Shown: piece after piece, positions 1-9,397 of the stretch
Layout of the letters: the number at the start of each line of letters is the position of its first letter
How positions within the stretch are numbered: the first letter of the stretch is position 1
DNA from: Gemmatimonadales bacterium
Lineage (GTDB): Bacteria > Gemmatimonadota > Gemmatimonadetes > Gemmatimonadales > GWC2-71-9
Reading direction: 5' to 3'
Length of the DNA: 58,030 nt
Assembly (NCBI GenBank): GCA_038253515.1
Contig: JBBSHB010000003.1
Span: 1-58,030, forward strand
Made by a program: the position numbers and the translations under genes
Notes under the pieces: model-generated
The model's database searches: none
What the model was told of the DNA's origin: nothing
The model's input: the letters and a program-made list of their open reading frames with translations, nothing else

Positions 1-81
1 CGTGGTCCGCGAGCGCACCCAGCGCTCCAGCGTGGCGCGGTCCCCGGGCCGCAACGCGAGAACCCGAATGGGCAGTGGCAT
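1..81 (-). mobile_element. IS630-family-like transposase, first 27 codons only (gene runs off left edge)
   Basis: Minus strand reads ATG(81..79) MPLPIRVLALRPGDRATLERWVRSRTT. The L-x-L...R-x-x-LERWVRS pattern resembles the N-terminal HTH region of IS630-type transposases. It lies on the 3' side of tRNA-Thr and is followed by lower-GC DNA (82-330). Confidence 0.4.
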
Positions 82-333
82 GGGCACCAAGATATCACCC
101 AGCGCGCTATTATGCACGTGATTTCTGCATCAGACCACTAGTTCCGGACGAGCATCTCACCGACGCAACCACGCTGCCTCCCGACCTACCAACGCTTACG
201 AAAAGCTGGCCTCCATCAACTCAAGTAGACGCGAGCAGACACCCGCCGTCCCGGGCGAGCCGCCGAATCGTTCTGCCATGATCTTGCCCGAGGGCATGGC
301 TCTGCGGAGTGCCATACAGCTGCCATGAAACGC

Positions 334-354
334 AAAAACCGCCAATATTGGCGG
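334..354 (-). terminator. Rho-independent-type terminator after tRNA-Thr
   Basis: The 16-nt palindrome CCGCCAATATTGGCGG (339-354) is followed on the minus strand by TTTTT (338-334), about 30 nt downstream of the tRNA 3' end. Confidence 0.5.
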
Positions 355-386
355 GCCGGGACTATTTGCTGCAATGAGTACCGAAG

Positions 387-458
387 AGCCACTGGTCGGA
401 TTTGAACCGACGACCGCTCGATTACGAATCGAGTGCTCTACCCCTGAGCTACAGTGGC
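387..458 (-). tRNA. tRNA-Thr (anticodon CGU)
   Basis: The reverse complement folds by hand as a cloverleaf: acceptor GCCACTG/CAGTGGC, D arm GCTC/GAGC, anticodon stem CTCGA/TCGAG with loop TTCGTAA, T arm GTCGG-TTCAAAT-CCGAC. Length is 72 nt and no CCA is encoded. Confidence 0.93.
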
Positions 459-471
459 GGGCCAGCAAGAC

Positions 472-495
472 GGGGGCGCACGGCGGTGCGCCCCC
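472..495. other. Perfect 10-bp GC-rich stem-loop between the two tRNA genes
   Basis: GGGGGCGCAC-GGCG-GTGCGCCCCC sits in the 44-nt spacer between tRNA-Leu and tRNA-Thr. It may be a processing or attenuation structure. Confidence 0.6.
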
Positions 496-502
496 GATGC
501 GA

Positions 503-584
503 TGCCCTGGACCGGACTCGAACCGGTACGCCTTGCGGCACTACCCCCTCAAGATAGCGTGTCTACCAGTTTCACCACCAGGGC
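503..584 (-). tRNA. tRNA-Leu (anticodon GAG), class II with long variable arm
   Basis: The reverse complement has acceptor GCCCTGG/CCAGGGC, anticodon stem CTATC/GGTAG with loop TTGAGGG, variable arm TGCCGCAAGGCGT and T arm ACCGG-TTCGAGT-CCGGT. Length is 82 nt. Confidence 0.93.
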
Positions 585-638
585 GCGCGGGGGAGCAAGA
601 TACCCCGCGTGACAGGGAGGGTCAAGCGAAAAACAGCC

Positions 639-2552
639 TCAACGGAACAGCCGAACTCGCACCTTGAATGGATTCCCCGAGATCGCCACACCGTTGAGGG
701 AAATGTCGATCGTATACGTGCTGGGACCGGGTGGGTTGAAGGTCGCCGTGTAGCTCCCGTCCCCGTTGTCCACCACGGTGAGCGGACCGACATCGCGCAC
801 CTGGATCACCACCTGGTCGCCCCCGCGGCCCACCGGGTTGCCCTCGGAATCGGCCACGTGCACCACGACGCCCACCGGCGAGAGGAAGGTGACGTCCTTG
901 GGCACGGCGGCCGTGGTGTGAGCCGGATCCGATGCGCCCGGGGCCACCACGCTGGTGAACGGTGAACCGGCCAACGCGGTCCCGTCCACCAGGATCTGGA
1001 CCAGATCGCTTCCCACCAGTGTGGGCGTGTAGGAGAGCTGGTAGGTGCCTCCGCCGCCGTCCTCCACGGCCAGCCGGCCAGTGCTGTTGGCGCCGCTCAC
1101 GCTTGCGTTCAGTTGGTCACGCGCGCCAGACACCGGGTTCCCCAGGGCATCACGCAGCCGCACGGTCATGACCGTTGGCGTGCCGGCGACACCGTTCGGC
1201 ACGTCGGCCGAGCTGTTGGCCGGCGCCACCGGTCCGGGCGTGACGGTGAGGGTCGCGGTCGCCGAGAGGGTCGTGCCGGCAACCGTGGCCGAAACGACGT
1301 GGTCACCCGCGGCGCTGGCACTGACCGAGCCGGTGGCTACCCCGGAGGCGTCGGTGGGCGCGGACGGTTGGACCAGGGTGACGCCGTCACCGCTGGCGGT
1401 CAGCGTCGCGACCAGGCCGGCCAGCGGGTTGCCGGCGACATCGAGCGCGGTCACGGTGACGGTACTGGCACTGGAGCCGGTGGACGCGGGGATCGTCGTG
1501 GGCGCCAACTGGAGCTTGCTCCTGGTGATGCTCACCGGGCCAGCCACGGCGGTCGCGGAGAAGGTCACCGGGTTGCCGCTCACGCCCGCGGCGTCGGTTT
1601 CGGCGCGAAGGGTATTCGCGCCGGTGCTCGGTCCCAGGGTCCAGCTGCCGACGGCGGCGGTGCCATCCGCTCCCGTCGTGGTCTCCCCTCCGCTCACGCT
1701 TCCACCACCCCCCGTAACCGTGAAGGTGACGGGAACGCCTGGCACCGGGGTTCCGGCGGCGTCGCGCACGACCACGGTGGGAGCGAGAGGGACAGCGGTG
1801 CCGGCGGGAGCGGTCTGCTGGTCCCCACCCACCCTGGCGATCGATGCGGCCGGCCCGATGCCGAGTCCGATCGGGGAGGAGACGGCGGAGGCGTAACCGT
1901 CCGCCGCGAAGATCAGAGTTCGACCGCCCGCCTCACCGACGATCGCCAGATCGGTGAACGTCACTCGCCCGTCCGCGTCGGTCGAGCGGGTCGTGGTGCC
2001 GAGCAGAGTGCCCTGGCCGGTGGCGATCTGGACCGTGACGGCGACGTCCGGGCGGGCCAGCGGGTTCCCCTCCAGGTCTTCCAGCCGGAGGACGGGCTGT
2101 TGCGGCAGGGGTACGCCCGATTCAGCGGCGGCGGAGGGCTGCGTTTCCAGCTCGAGGGACGCGGCCACGCCGACGGTGGTGAAGGTCACGTCGCTGTCGG
2201 GCAGCCCGGCGGCGGTCGCGATCGTGTGATAGGTACCGGGCGCGCTGCCCAGGGTCCGGTCGGTGGACGCCTGTCCGTCCGATCCGGTGAGCGAGGTCGC
2301 CGGGCTCACGCTCCCACTCCCATCCGGGGTCCAGGTGACCTGGATCCCGTTCAGCCGGTTTCCGAACCGGTCGGTCACCACCACGACCAGTGATTCGGGC
2401 AGCGAGGCCAGAATCGTCCCGGTCTGCGCATCTCCGCCCACCATAGCGAGTTTGGCAGGCTGGCCCTCGTTCGGCAACACCAGATCGCCCCCGCCGCAGC
2501 CGGCGGCGAAGAGCAGAGTCAGGGGCGCGACCAGACGACGGATGAGGTGCAC
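639..2552 (-). CDS. Ig-like (Big-type) repeat lipoprotein with filamin-like C-terminal repeats
   Basis: Track ORF 639..2639. The likely start is GTG at 2552, giving signal VHLIRRLVAPLTLLFAAGC (lipobox). It has repeated GD-x-Q-x-x-x-G...VVVTD-x-GNP modules typical of bacterial Ig-like domains. Confidence 0.8.
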   Translation of the reverse strand: MHLIRRLVAPLTLLFAAGCGGGDLVLPNEGQPAKLAMVGGDAQTGTILASLPESLVVVVTDRFGNRLNGIQVTWTPDGSGSVSPATSLTGSDGQASTDRTLGSAPGTYHTIATAAGLPDSDVTFTTVGVAASLELETQPSAAAESGVPLPQQPVLRLEDLEGNPLARPDVAVTVQIATGQGTLLGTTTRSTDADGRVTFTDLAIVGEAGGRTLIFAADGYASAVSSPIGLGIGPAASIARVGGDQQTAPAGTAVPLAPTVVVRDAAGTPVPGVPVTFTVTGGGGSVSGGETTTGADGTAAVGSWTLGPSTGANTLRAETDAAGVSGNPVTFSATAVAGPVSITRSKLQLAPTTIPASTGSSASTVTVTALDVAGNPLAGLVATLTASGDGVTLVQPSAPTDASGVATGSVSASAAGDHVVSATVAGTTLSATATLTVTPGPVAPANSSADVPNGVAGTPTVMTVRLRDALGNPVSGARDQLNASVSGANSTGRLAVEDGGGGTYQLSYTPTLVGSDLVQILVDGTALAGSPFTSVVAPGASDPAHTTAAVPKDVTFLSPVGVVVHVADSEGNPVGRGGDQVVIQVRDVGPLTVVDNGDGSYTATFNPPGPSTYTIDISLNGVAISGNPFKVRVRLFR

Positions 2553-2699
2553 TGACACCGAGCCCGTGAGCGTGACCGAGGAGAAAGGGACACCGTAGGT
2601 TATCGCCGGCGGACGCCGCCTGGAAAGGGCCTGGGTCACAGGGGGGTCCGCCGGGGCCGGGTCAGGGGGTGATGGCGATGGTGAACGTCTGGGGCGGGC

Positions 2700-5483
2700 T
2701 CACGTCACCGGGTTGACGGTGATCGTCACCGTGGCCGTATTGGAGATGAGCGAGCCGTCGTTAGTCTGGTAGGTGAAGGAGTCGGTGCCGTTAAAGCCAG
2801 CGGCGGGCGTATAGTCGAACGACCCATCGGCATGCAGTGCGAAGTTACTCGCGTTCGACGGTCCGGTCACCAGCTCGGCGGTCACGCCACTGTTGGGCGT
2901 GTCGTTCTGGAGCACGCCCGTTGCCGCATCGACACTCAGCACGGCGTTCTCGTTCACGCTGTACCCGTCGTCCGCGGCGACGGGCGCGGTGGCCACCACC
3001 TGGGTGATGCCGCCGGATGTGCTCCCGGCGAAATTCGTCGAGCCAAGATACACAGCGGTGATGGTGTGGCTGCCACTTCCCAGGCTGGTCGTGGACAGCG
3101 TCGCGACACCGGTTCCGTTCAAGGTGCTGGTCCCTAGCTGGGTCGCGCCATCGAGGAATTGCACCTGTCCACCCGGTACGCCCGCACCGGGTGGGGCCGC
3201 TGTCACGGTGGCCGTGAAGGTCACGTTCTCGCCGGGGTTGGTCGAGAGGTCGGACGAGACCACTGCGGTCGAGGTGGCCGCCTGGTTCACCTGGTGCGCC
3301 AGGTTTCCGGAGTTGCTGGCGCTGAAATCGGTGCTGCCGGCGTAGGACGCCCTGTAGTTCCTCGATCCGACCGCCGTCGGCACGAGCGAGCAACTCCCGA
3401 CCGTGGCGTCCGCCTGGCAGCTCACGGCGGTACCGGCACCGGTCGCGGCAACGGTGACCAGCCCGGTCGGGGTCCCGGACCCGGGCGCGTTCGCGGTGAC
3501 GGAGAAGGTGAACGTGACCGGCTCGCCGAAGACCGAGGGGTCGGGAGCGTCCCCGGTCAACTGGGTGGTCGTGCCGGCCCTATTCACCTGGTGAGTGCTG
3601 GGCGCCGAGACACCGCTGGCGAAGTTGGCGTCTCCCCCGTAGCTCGCCGTCAGCGTCCGAGTCCCGGCGGTGGGGAACGTGAGCGTGCAGCTGCCGGCCG
3701 CGACGCTCCCGGAGCAGCTGGTGCCTGCTCCGTCACTCACGGTGACGGTGCCGGTCGGAGTTCCACCGCCCGACGTGGCGGCGACCGAATACGTCGTCGT
3801 CACCACCTGGCCGGTCAGCGAGGGATCCGGGCTGTCTCCATTTAGCGTGACGGTGGCCGCCGACTTGCCGACGTCGAAGGGATCACTGATGGCGTCGGTC
3901 AAGCCCGAAGCGTGCGCCCTCAAGGTGAACCCGGAGCCCGCCTGGTTGATCGACAGCCCGGAGAAGGTGGCGACGCCAGCGACGGCATTCACCGCATTCA
4001 CCCCGACCAGCGTCCCGCCGACCGAGGAGGTCAGCGTGACGAGGTTGCTCGCCGTGGTGACGAGCAGCCCCAGCGCGTCCCGAACCGAGACCTGGACGGC
4101 CGGCGTGATCGTCTGACCCACGCCGGCGCTGGTCGGCTGCACGTCGAACGCAAGCTTCGCCGCTGGGCCGACGGTCGCGGTGGAGGTGAAGCTCACCGGT
4201 GAGCCGCTGAGCCCGTTGACTGCCGCGGTCGTGCCGTAGCTGCCGGGCACGAATCCCAGCGTCCTGCTCACCTGGGCGATGCCGCTCGAGTTGGTGTTCG
4301 CGGTGGGAGCGGACACGGAGCCGCCGTCGTTCGCCGTCCAGGTGACGGCCACGTTGGCGACCGGATTGTTGTTGCCGTCGGTGACCTTCACGGAAAGCGG
4401 GATCGGCAGCGTGGATCCGATGGCGGTCGCCTGATTGTCGCCGCCGTTCAGGGCGATGCTTGTGGGTACGTCCGCCGTGGCGTTCGCGGTGAACGGCACC
4501 GAGGGAACGCCGGAGAATACGGCGTTGACCAGATTCGACGCGGCGGCGGATGGACCGAGGGTCCACCGGGTCGAGGCGTAGCCGTTCGCCGTGGTGATGG
4601 AGTTGGTCGGAGTGACCGAGCCGCCGCCGGTGACAAGCCAGGTCACCGACTTGCCCCCTATCCCGTTGCCGTTGACGTCCACCAGGCGGACCAGCAGCGT
4701 ATCCGCCAAGGGGAAGCCGGCCGGTGCCGTCTGTCCGTCACCCGCGACGTACACCAGCGAATCCGGGAACGCGGGCTCCGCCGTCTGAGTGAAGGTGACC
4801 GGCGAGCCCGCCAAGCCGGTCACCGCGGCCTGCGCCGTCTGGGTCCCCGAGGATGGACCCAGCACTCGCTCCGCCGCGGCCAGCCCGTCCGCGCCGGTGG
4901 TGACGCTCGCCGGAGTGATCGAGCCACCGCCCGACGCCGTCCACAGCACTTCGACCCCGCTGACGGGGTTCCCGACCACGTCAGCCACCTTGACCACCAG
5001 GGAGTCGGCCAGGGCCGAGCGGACCGGTCCCGTCTGAGCGTCGCCACTCACCAGCACCAGCGTGGACCCGGTGCCGGCCAGCGCGGTGGCCTTGAACTCG
5101 ACCGCGACGGTGCCCGAGACGCCGTTGCCGAAGGCCCGCGCCTCCACCCTCTGCTCCCCCGCAGGCGCCCCCAGCGTCCACGAGATCGAGGCCTGCCCGG
5201 CGGCGTCCGTGAGTACGGTGTCCGGCGTGACGATCCCCCCGCCGCTCTTGATCTCGACCACGACCCCCTGGCCTTCCACCGGCCGCTTGCCCCCGTCGGT
5301 CACCAGGACGACCAGCGGCTGTGCCAACACCGATCCGGCGGGGCCGGACTGATTGTTGCCCGAGACCGCGGCGATGCTGGAGGCGCTTTCCGGGAGCGCC
5401 AGGCCGTCACCTCCGCACCCGTACACACCGGTGACGAGGCCCATCGCGAGCAGGGACGCGAGACGACGTGGAGTCATGGGCAC
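2700..5483 (-). CDS. Large Ig-like repeat lipoprotein (Big-type modules, three Ig group-3-like modules, cadherin-like C-terminus)
   Basis: 927-aa ORF with lipobox LVTGVYGC. It has four GD/N-x-Q...V-x-VTD-x-x-GNPV modules, three modules ending ...Y-x-G-x-x-x-F-x-x-S, and a C-terminus with VAADDGYSV...FNGTDSFTY. Confidence 0.85.
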   Translation of the reverse strand: MPMTPRRLASLLAMGLVTGVYGCGGDGLALPESASSIAAVSGNNQSGPAGSVLAQPLVVLVTDGGKRPVEGQGVVVEIKSGGGIVTPDTVLTDAAGQASISWTLGAPAGEQRVEARAFGNGVSGTVAVEFKATALAGTGSTLVLVSGDAQTGPVRSALADSLVVKVADVVGNPVSGVEVLWTASGGGSITPASVTTGADGLAAAERVLGPSSGTQTAQAAVTGLAGSPVTFTQTAEPAFPDSLVYVAGDGQTAPAGFPLADTLLVRLVDVNGNGIGGKSVTWLVTGGGSVTPTNSITTANGYASTRWTLGPSAAASNLVNAVFSGVPSVPFTANATADVPTSIALNGGDNQATAIGSTLPIPLSVKVTDGNNNPVANVAVTWTANDGGSVSAPTANTNSSGIAQVSRTLGFVPGSYGTTAAVNGLSGSPVSFTSTATVGPAAKLAFDVQPTSAGVGQTITPAVQVSVRDALGLLVTTASNLVTLTSSVGGTLVGVNAVNAVAGVATFSGLSINQAGSGFTLRAHASGLTDAISDPFDVGKSAATVTLNGDSPDPSLTGQVVTTTYSVAATSGGGTPTGTVTVSDGAGTSCSGSVAAGSCTLTFPTAGTRTLTASYGGDANFASGVSAPSTHQVNRAGTTTQLTGDAPDPSVFGEPVTFTFSVTANAPGSGTPTGLVTVAATGAGTAVSCQADATVGSCSLVPTAVGSRNYRASYAGSTDFSASNSGNLAHQVNQAATSTAVVSSDLSTNPGENVTFTATVTAAPPGAGVPGGQVQFLDGATQLGTSTLNGTGVATLSTTSLGSGSHTITAVYLGSTNFAGSTSGGITQVVATAPVAADDGYSVNENAVLSVDAATGVLQNDTPNSGVTAELVTGPSNASNFALHADGSFDYTPAAGFNGTDSFTYQTNDGSLISNTATVTITVNPVT

Positions 5484-5593
5484 GGGTTGTCGGGTTGAAT
5501 GATGGCCCCGGGGGCCTCTGGCGCCGCGGATCGGACTCCAGCTGGCGCGGAACAGCCCCGAATCAAGCAGGTTGTGTGCCTTGGTCCGGATTG

Positions 5594-5630
5594 CAAATCA
5601 TCTTATAACTATCGATATTACAATGATTTG
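5594..5630. promoter_or_regulatory. AT-rich nested palindrome in the promoter region of the 927-aa Ig-like gene
   Basis: CAAATCAT (5594-5601) and ATGATTTG (5623-5630) are 8-bp inverted arms enclosing the palindrome TATCGATA (5610-5617). It lies 110-150 nt upstream of the start at 5483 and is the lowest-GC stretch in this neighbourhood. Confidence 0.3.
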
Positions 5631-5650
5631 AGCACAGCTATCCCAACCAG

Positions 5651-5668
5651 TGTTGCGCGTTTGCAACA
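5651..5668 (-). terminator. Stem-loop just downstream of the 242-aa Ig-like gene
   Basis: TGTTGC-GCGTTT-GCAACA has a 6-bp stem and begins 9 nt after the stop at 5677. There is no U tract, so it is weak as an intrinsic terminator. Confidence 0.25.
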
Positions 5669-5676
5669 ACAGGGAA

Positions 5677-6405
5677 TCAGAACAGCACCGCCGCCGTGAA
5701 GGTCACCGGAGAACCGGTCGCGCCGTCGACCGTCGCGGCAGCCTTCTGGAGCCCGATTCCCGACCCCAGCGTCCAGACCACCGACGTAGTGCCGTCGGCG
5801 CCGGTCGTGGTCTCCTCGGCGCTCAGCGACCCGCCCCCGCTAGTGACGCTCCAGTGGACCGCGGCGTCGGGGACCGGATTGCCGAAGCGGTCGACCACCG
5901 CTACCACGAGCGGATTGTCGAGCTCGTGATCGCGCCGGCCAGGCTGATTCTGCGGGCCGGCGGCGCGAACGGTGTCCGGCGGCCCGGCATGGGCCGAGGC
6001 GTCGAAAGGGATCGCCGGCGGGGCGGTGGAATCGGTGGTCACCAGGCGTGCCTCGCCCTGGTAAGTGCCAGGCGTCGTCCCGAGCACCCAACGGGCAGAG
6101 GCCAGCCCCGCGGAGTTGGTGACTGCGGTATCGGGATCGATCGTGCCGGCCGAAGTGTCGGAGAGCACGAAGGCGACTCGTCTGCCGCCGATCGGCTGCC
6201 CGCTCTCAGTGGCCACCTCGACGACGACCGAGGACGGAAGCGGCTCACCCACCGTGCCGGTCTGTGTCCTGCCGTCGACGATCGAGAGGCCGATCCCGGT
6301 TCCGGACGAATCCGGCAGGGTGAGACCGCCGCCGCAACCCAGTACGGCGGCGAGGGCGACCTGCAGGAAGCGGCGAGGAGACACGAGCGGGACGGCCTGG
6401 CTCAT
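5677..6405 (-). CDS. Ig-like domain lipoprotein (two Big-type modules)
   Basis: 242-aa ORF with lipobox AAVLGCGG. It contains DGRTQTGTVGEPLPSSVVVEV and VVAVVDRFGNPVPDAAVHWSV modules, paralogous to the two upstream genes. Confidence 0.8.
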   Translation of the reverse strand: MSQAVPLVSPRRFLQVALAAVLGCGGGLTLPDSSGTGIGLSIVDGRTQTGTVGEPLPSSVVVEVATESGQPIGGRRVAFVLSDTSAGTIDPDTAVTNSAGLASARWVLGTTPGTYQGEARLVTTDSTAPPAIPFDASAHAGPPDTVRAAGPQNQPGRRDHELDNPLVVAVVDRFGNPVPDAAVHWSVTSGGGSLSAEETTTGADGTTSVVWTLGSGIGLQKAAATVDGATGSPVTFTAAVLF

Positions 6406-6447
6406 TGATCGCTGACAGCAAAGGGGGATGCCGCGTAGGATAGGTGG

Positions 6448-6822
6448 CTAGCGCCCCGACTGGAAGAGGATCCCCAGGCCGAAGTTGAGCAGGCGCTCGT
6501 GGTAGCGGTCGCCGGCGCGTCCGGTATAGCGATGCCCGACCAGATCGACGGCCGGATTGAGATAGACCCGACGGCCGACTCGTAGCTCCCAGCCGGCGAT
6601 GAGGAGGAAACTGCTGAGCGAGGCAGTCTGCCCACCCTGGTCGTCGATCCACGCCAGCATCTCGCCGCCCAGGCGGAGGTGTTGACTGACGGTGCCACCG
6701 AGCCGCACCGAAACGCCGCCAGCGTGAAGCCCCGCCAGATGGTCAGCACGCATCGCCTCGCCGCAGTTAAGTTGTCCGCTGGTCCGGTGCTGGTCCGGTA
6801 TGGACCTTTCGGCGCGTGGCAA
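6448..6822 (-). pseudogene. Possible C-terminal remnant of an outer-membrane beta-barrel protein
   Basis: The ORF shows alternating beta-strand-like segments (VSVRLGG, LRLGGEMLAWI, FLLIAGWELRV, VYLNPAVDLVGHRY, LLNFGLGILF) but has no signal peptide and only about 100 plausible residues. Confidence 0.25.
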
Positions 6823-6894
6823 GGACCGGACCGCGGCCGCCGATGCCGAAATCCGCGGGTCGAGTCCCGTCTCCGTCCCTCATCGCGTACAGGC

Positions 6895-7590
6895 ATGTCT
6901 CCCTGGGCTCAACGCCTGCTCATCGCGCTGTTGCTGCTCCTGGCCGCCGGATTCGCTCGACTCGGAATCTGGCAGCTTTCGCGGCTGCACCAGCGCCGGG
7001 CAGCCAACCGGCTCACCCTGGCGGCCAGGAGCGCATCACCGCTCCTGCTGCCCGGTCCGGCGCTCCGGCGGCCGGACGCGCTGGTGGAGCATCGGGTGAT
7101 CGCCCGGGGGCGTTACGACCACGATCACGACATCGTGCTGCGCGAGGAGGCGTTGCAGGGAGTGCCCGGCGTTCACCTGGTGACGCCGCTGCGGATGGCG
7201 GGAACCGACACGGCCCTGCTGGTGGACCGGGGGTTCGTTCCGACCCCCGACGCTGTGAGTGTCGCGCCGGAGCGTCTGCGGGAGCCGGGGGATGTCGTGG
7301 CAACGGGTATCGCGGCCCCGGTCGGCAGCGGCGGCGGCAGACCGTTCGTTCACGCCGGCCGCACCACCTGGGCACGGCTGGATCTGCCGGCGCTCCGCGA
7401 GCGGCTGCCCTACCCCGTGCTGCCTGCCTATCTCAGGCAGACTCCCGGCCCCGGCGTGCCCAGCTTTCCCCGACGACTCGATCCGGTCCCGATCGACGAC
7501 GGACCCCATTTGAGCTACGCGGTGCAGTGGTTTCTCTTCGCCGGACTCTCGGTGGCGTTCGCCTTCCTGGTCGTAGGCCGGCGCCCCTGA
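6895..7590 (+). CDS. SURF1-family cytochrome oxidase assembly protein
   Basis: The internal ATG at 6895 of track ORF 6679..7590 gives MSPWAQRLLIALLLLLAAGFARLGIWQLSRL (N-terminal TM). The C-terminal GPHLSYAVQWFLFAGL is a SURF1 signature. Confidence 0.8.
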   Translation: MSPWAQRLLIALLLLLAAGFARLGIWQLSRLHQRRAANRLTLAARSASPLLLPGPALRRPDALVEHRVIARGRYDHDHDIVLREEALQGVPGVHLVTPLRMAGTDTALLVDRGFVPTPDAVSVAPERLREPGDVVATGIAAPVGSGGGRPFVHAGRTTWARLDLPALRERLPYPVLPAYLRQTPGPGVPSFPRRLDPVPIDDGPHLSYAVQWFLFAGLSVAFAFLVVGRRP

Positions 7591-7593
7591 GCG

Positions 7594-8880
7594 TCAGGTA
7601 GCAGGCCGCGGCTGCTGCCCGTCGAGCTCCTCTATCGTGCGGGTCGACGGCGGGCGGGTGCGCTGAAGCCGGGCGGCGGTCGCCTCCGCCTGACGCAACG
7701 CACGGAGCAGGTTGCCTCCGGCCAGCTTCTTGAGATCGCCGTCACTCCAGCCGCGCCGAATCAGCTCCGCGAAGAGCTGGGGAAACGTAGAGGTATCCTC
7801 CAGGCCGACGGGCCCCGCCTCGATCCCGTCGAAGTCGCTCCCGATTCCCACGTGGTCCACGCCCGCGACCGCCCGCACATGGTCGACCTGGTCGGCCACC
7901 TGCGCCAGGGTTGCGGTGGGGCTCGGGTGCGCGGTCTTCCACGCCTCCCACTGGCGCTCCTGTTCCGCCGTGTCGGCGACGGCGGCCTTGAGCTGCTGCC
8001 GCTGGCTATCGGCCTGCGCTTCCCACGCGGCCACCTCGGACGAGACGAACGCCGGGACGAAGGTCACCATCACCACCCCACCGTTCTTGGGAAGCCGGGC
8101 GAGGATCGAGTCGGGTACGTTGCGCGGATGGTTCACCAGGGCACGCGCGGCCGAATGGGAGAAGATCACCGGGGCCTCGGAGACGTCGAGCGCGTTGCTC
8201 ATCACTCCCGGGGAGACGTGCGAGAGGTCGACCAGCATGCCGAGGCGGTTCATCTCCCGCACCACCTCCCGCCCGAACGGGGTGAGTCCACCATGGCGGG
8301 CGCTGTCGAGCGCGGCGTCGGCCCAGTCCAGGGTGACGTTGTGGGTCAGGGTCATGTAGCGGGCGCCGAGCGCATAGTACGACCGGAGCGCACCAAGCGA
8401 GTTCTCGATCGCGTGGCCACCCTCCATGCCGAGCAGGGAGGCCAGGCGGCCGCGCTTGAAATCTCGCTGGATGTCGCCGGCCGTGAGGGCCAGCGTGAGG
8501 CGGTCGGGATAGCTCGCGATCATCCGGCGGGCGATGTCGAACTGCTCGAGCTGCACCCGGGCGAAGCCGCTGTCCTTGATCTCGCCGGGAATGTAGATCG
8601 ACCAGAACTGGGCGCCGACCTCGCCCTCCTTCAGCCGGCCGAGGTCGGTGTGCTTGGGAGACCGCTGTCGCAGATCGTACGCCGCCACGTCTCGCGGCGC
8701 GGTCGGGGAGATCCGGATCTCCCAGGGGAGATCGTTGTGGCCATCGATGAGGGGGGTCGAGCGCAGCAGCTTGCGGGCGTGCTCCAGTGCCCGGTCGGGC
8801 GACGTTTGGGCAGGCATGGGTGACGGGTTGAAGGCCAGGAAGGCTGCTGCGAAGATGGCGGTCGGCAGGCCCAGCGTCAT
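7594..8880 (-). CDS. Membrane dipeptidase (peptidase family M19), secreted
   Basis: M111 of track ORF 7594..9210 gives signal MTLGLPTAIFAAAFLAF. LIDGHNDLPWEIR and GMEGGHAIE are M19 motifs. It converges on SURF1 with only 3 nt between stops. Confidence 0.9.
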   Translation of the reverse strand: MTLGLPTAIFAAAFLAFNPSPMPAQTSPDRALEHARKLLRSTPLIDGHNDLPWEIRISPTAPRDVAAYDLRQRSPKHTDLGRLKEGEVGAQFWSIYIPGEIKDSGFARVQLEQFDIARRMIASYPDRLTLALTAGDIQRDFKRGRLASLLGMEGGHAIENSLGALRSYYALGARYMTLTHNVTLDWADAALDSARHGGLTPFGREVVREMNRLGMLVDLSHVSPGVMSNALDVSEAPVIFSHSAARALVNHPRNVPDSILARLPKNGGVVMVTFVPAFVSSEVAAWEAQADSQRQQLKAAVADTAEQERQWEAWKTAHPSPTATLAQVADQVDHVRAVAGVDHVGIGSDFDGIEAGPVGLEDTSTFPQLFAELIRRGWSDGDLKKLAGGNLLRALRQAEATAARLQRTRPPSTRTIEELDGQQPRPAT

Positions 8881-8923
8881 GGGAACGACCTCGAGGTAGG
8901 TGGCGAACGCCGCCGGCCCCCCG

Positions 8924-9286
8924 TCATGTCGCGGGCCCCCGACTTCGACCCAGCTGCACCAGCTCCGGCCGCACGACGAACTCCGGGCAGATGGTCCGGT
9001 CGTATTCGTAGGGGCCGCCGGTCTCCGCGTCGATCCAGGGAAAGCCACGGCAGACCGCGGGATAGTAGGTCTCCGCGTGGATGGTGCACACGTTGTCGCG
9101 GAGGAACACGCAGCGCTTTCCCCGCACCCGGGTCCGCCACTCTCCCCAGCGGGTGCGGTAGATCGTCGCGGCGCCATGGCGCCGGCTGATCGCCGCGGCT
9201 TCCTGGTCACTCAGGGTGACGCCGTAGGCACAACAGGAGGACTGATGGGGACAGGGGTAACACGGCAGCGATGGAAAATCGCGCAT
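8924..9286 (-). CDS. YkgJ-family (UPF0153) cysteine-cluster protein
   Basis: It has a CYPCPHQSSCC cluster plus a second Cys group (CVFL...C...C), typical of the Zn/Fe-chelating YkgJ family. The start may be 9286 (ATG) or 9310. Confidence 0.65.
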   Translation of the reverse strand: MRDFPSLPCYPCPHQSSCCAYGVTLSDQEAAAISRRHGAATIYRTRWGEWRTRVRGKRCVFLRDNVCTIHAETYYPAVCRGFPWIDAETGGPYEYDRTICPEFVVRPELVQLGRSRGPAT

Positions 9287-9397
9287 GCGAGAAGTTAGCG
9301 GGGCGAGCACACGGGTAACAGGGTAACATCGCGGTGGCGGACAGCGGTGCGGCCGTGGAGCGGCATCAGCTGGCGCTCGGCGGCGGCGGCGGCGGGC

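Noticed and set aside
196-667. ORFs 196..468 (-) and 374..667 (+)
   Set aside because: They run straight through the two tRNA genes.
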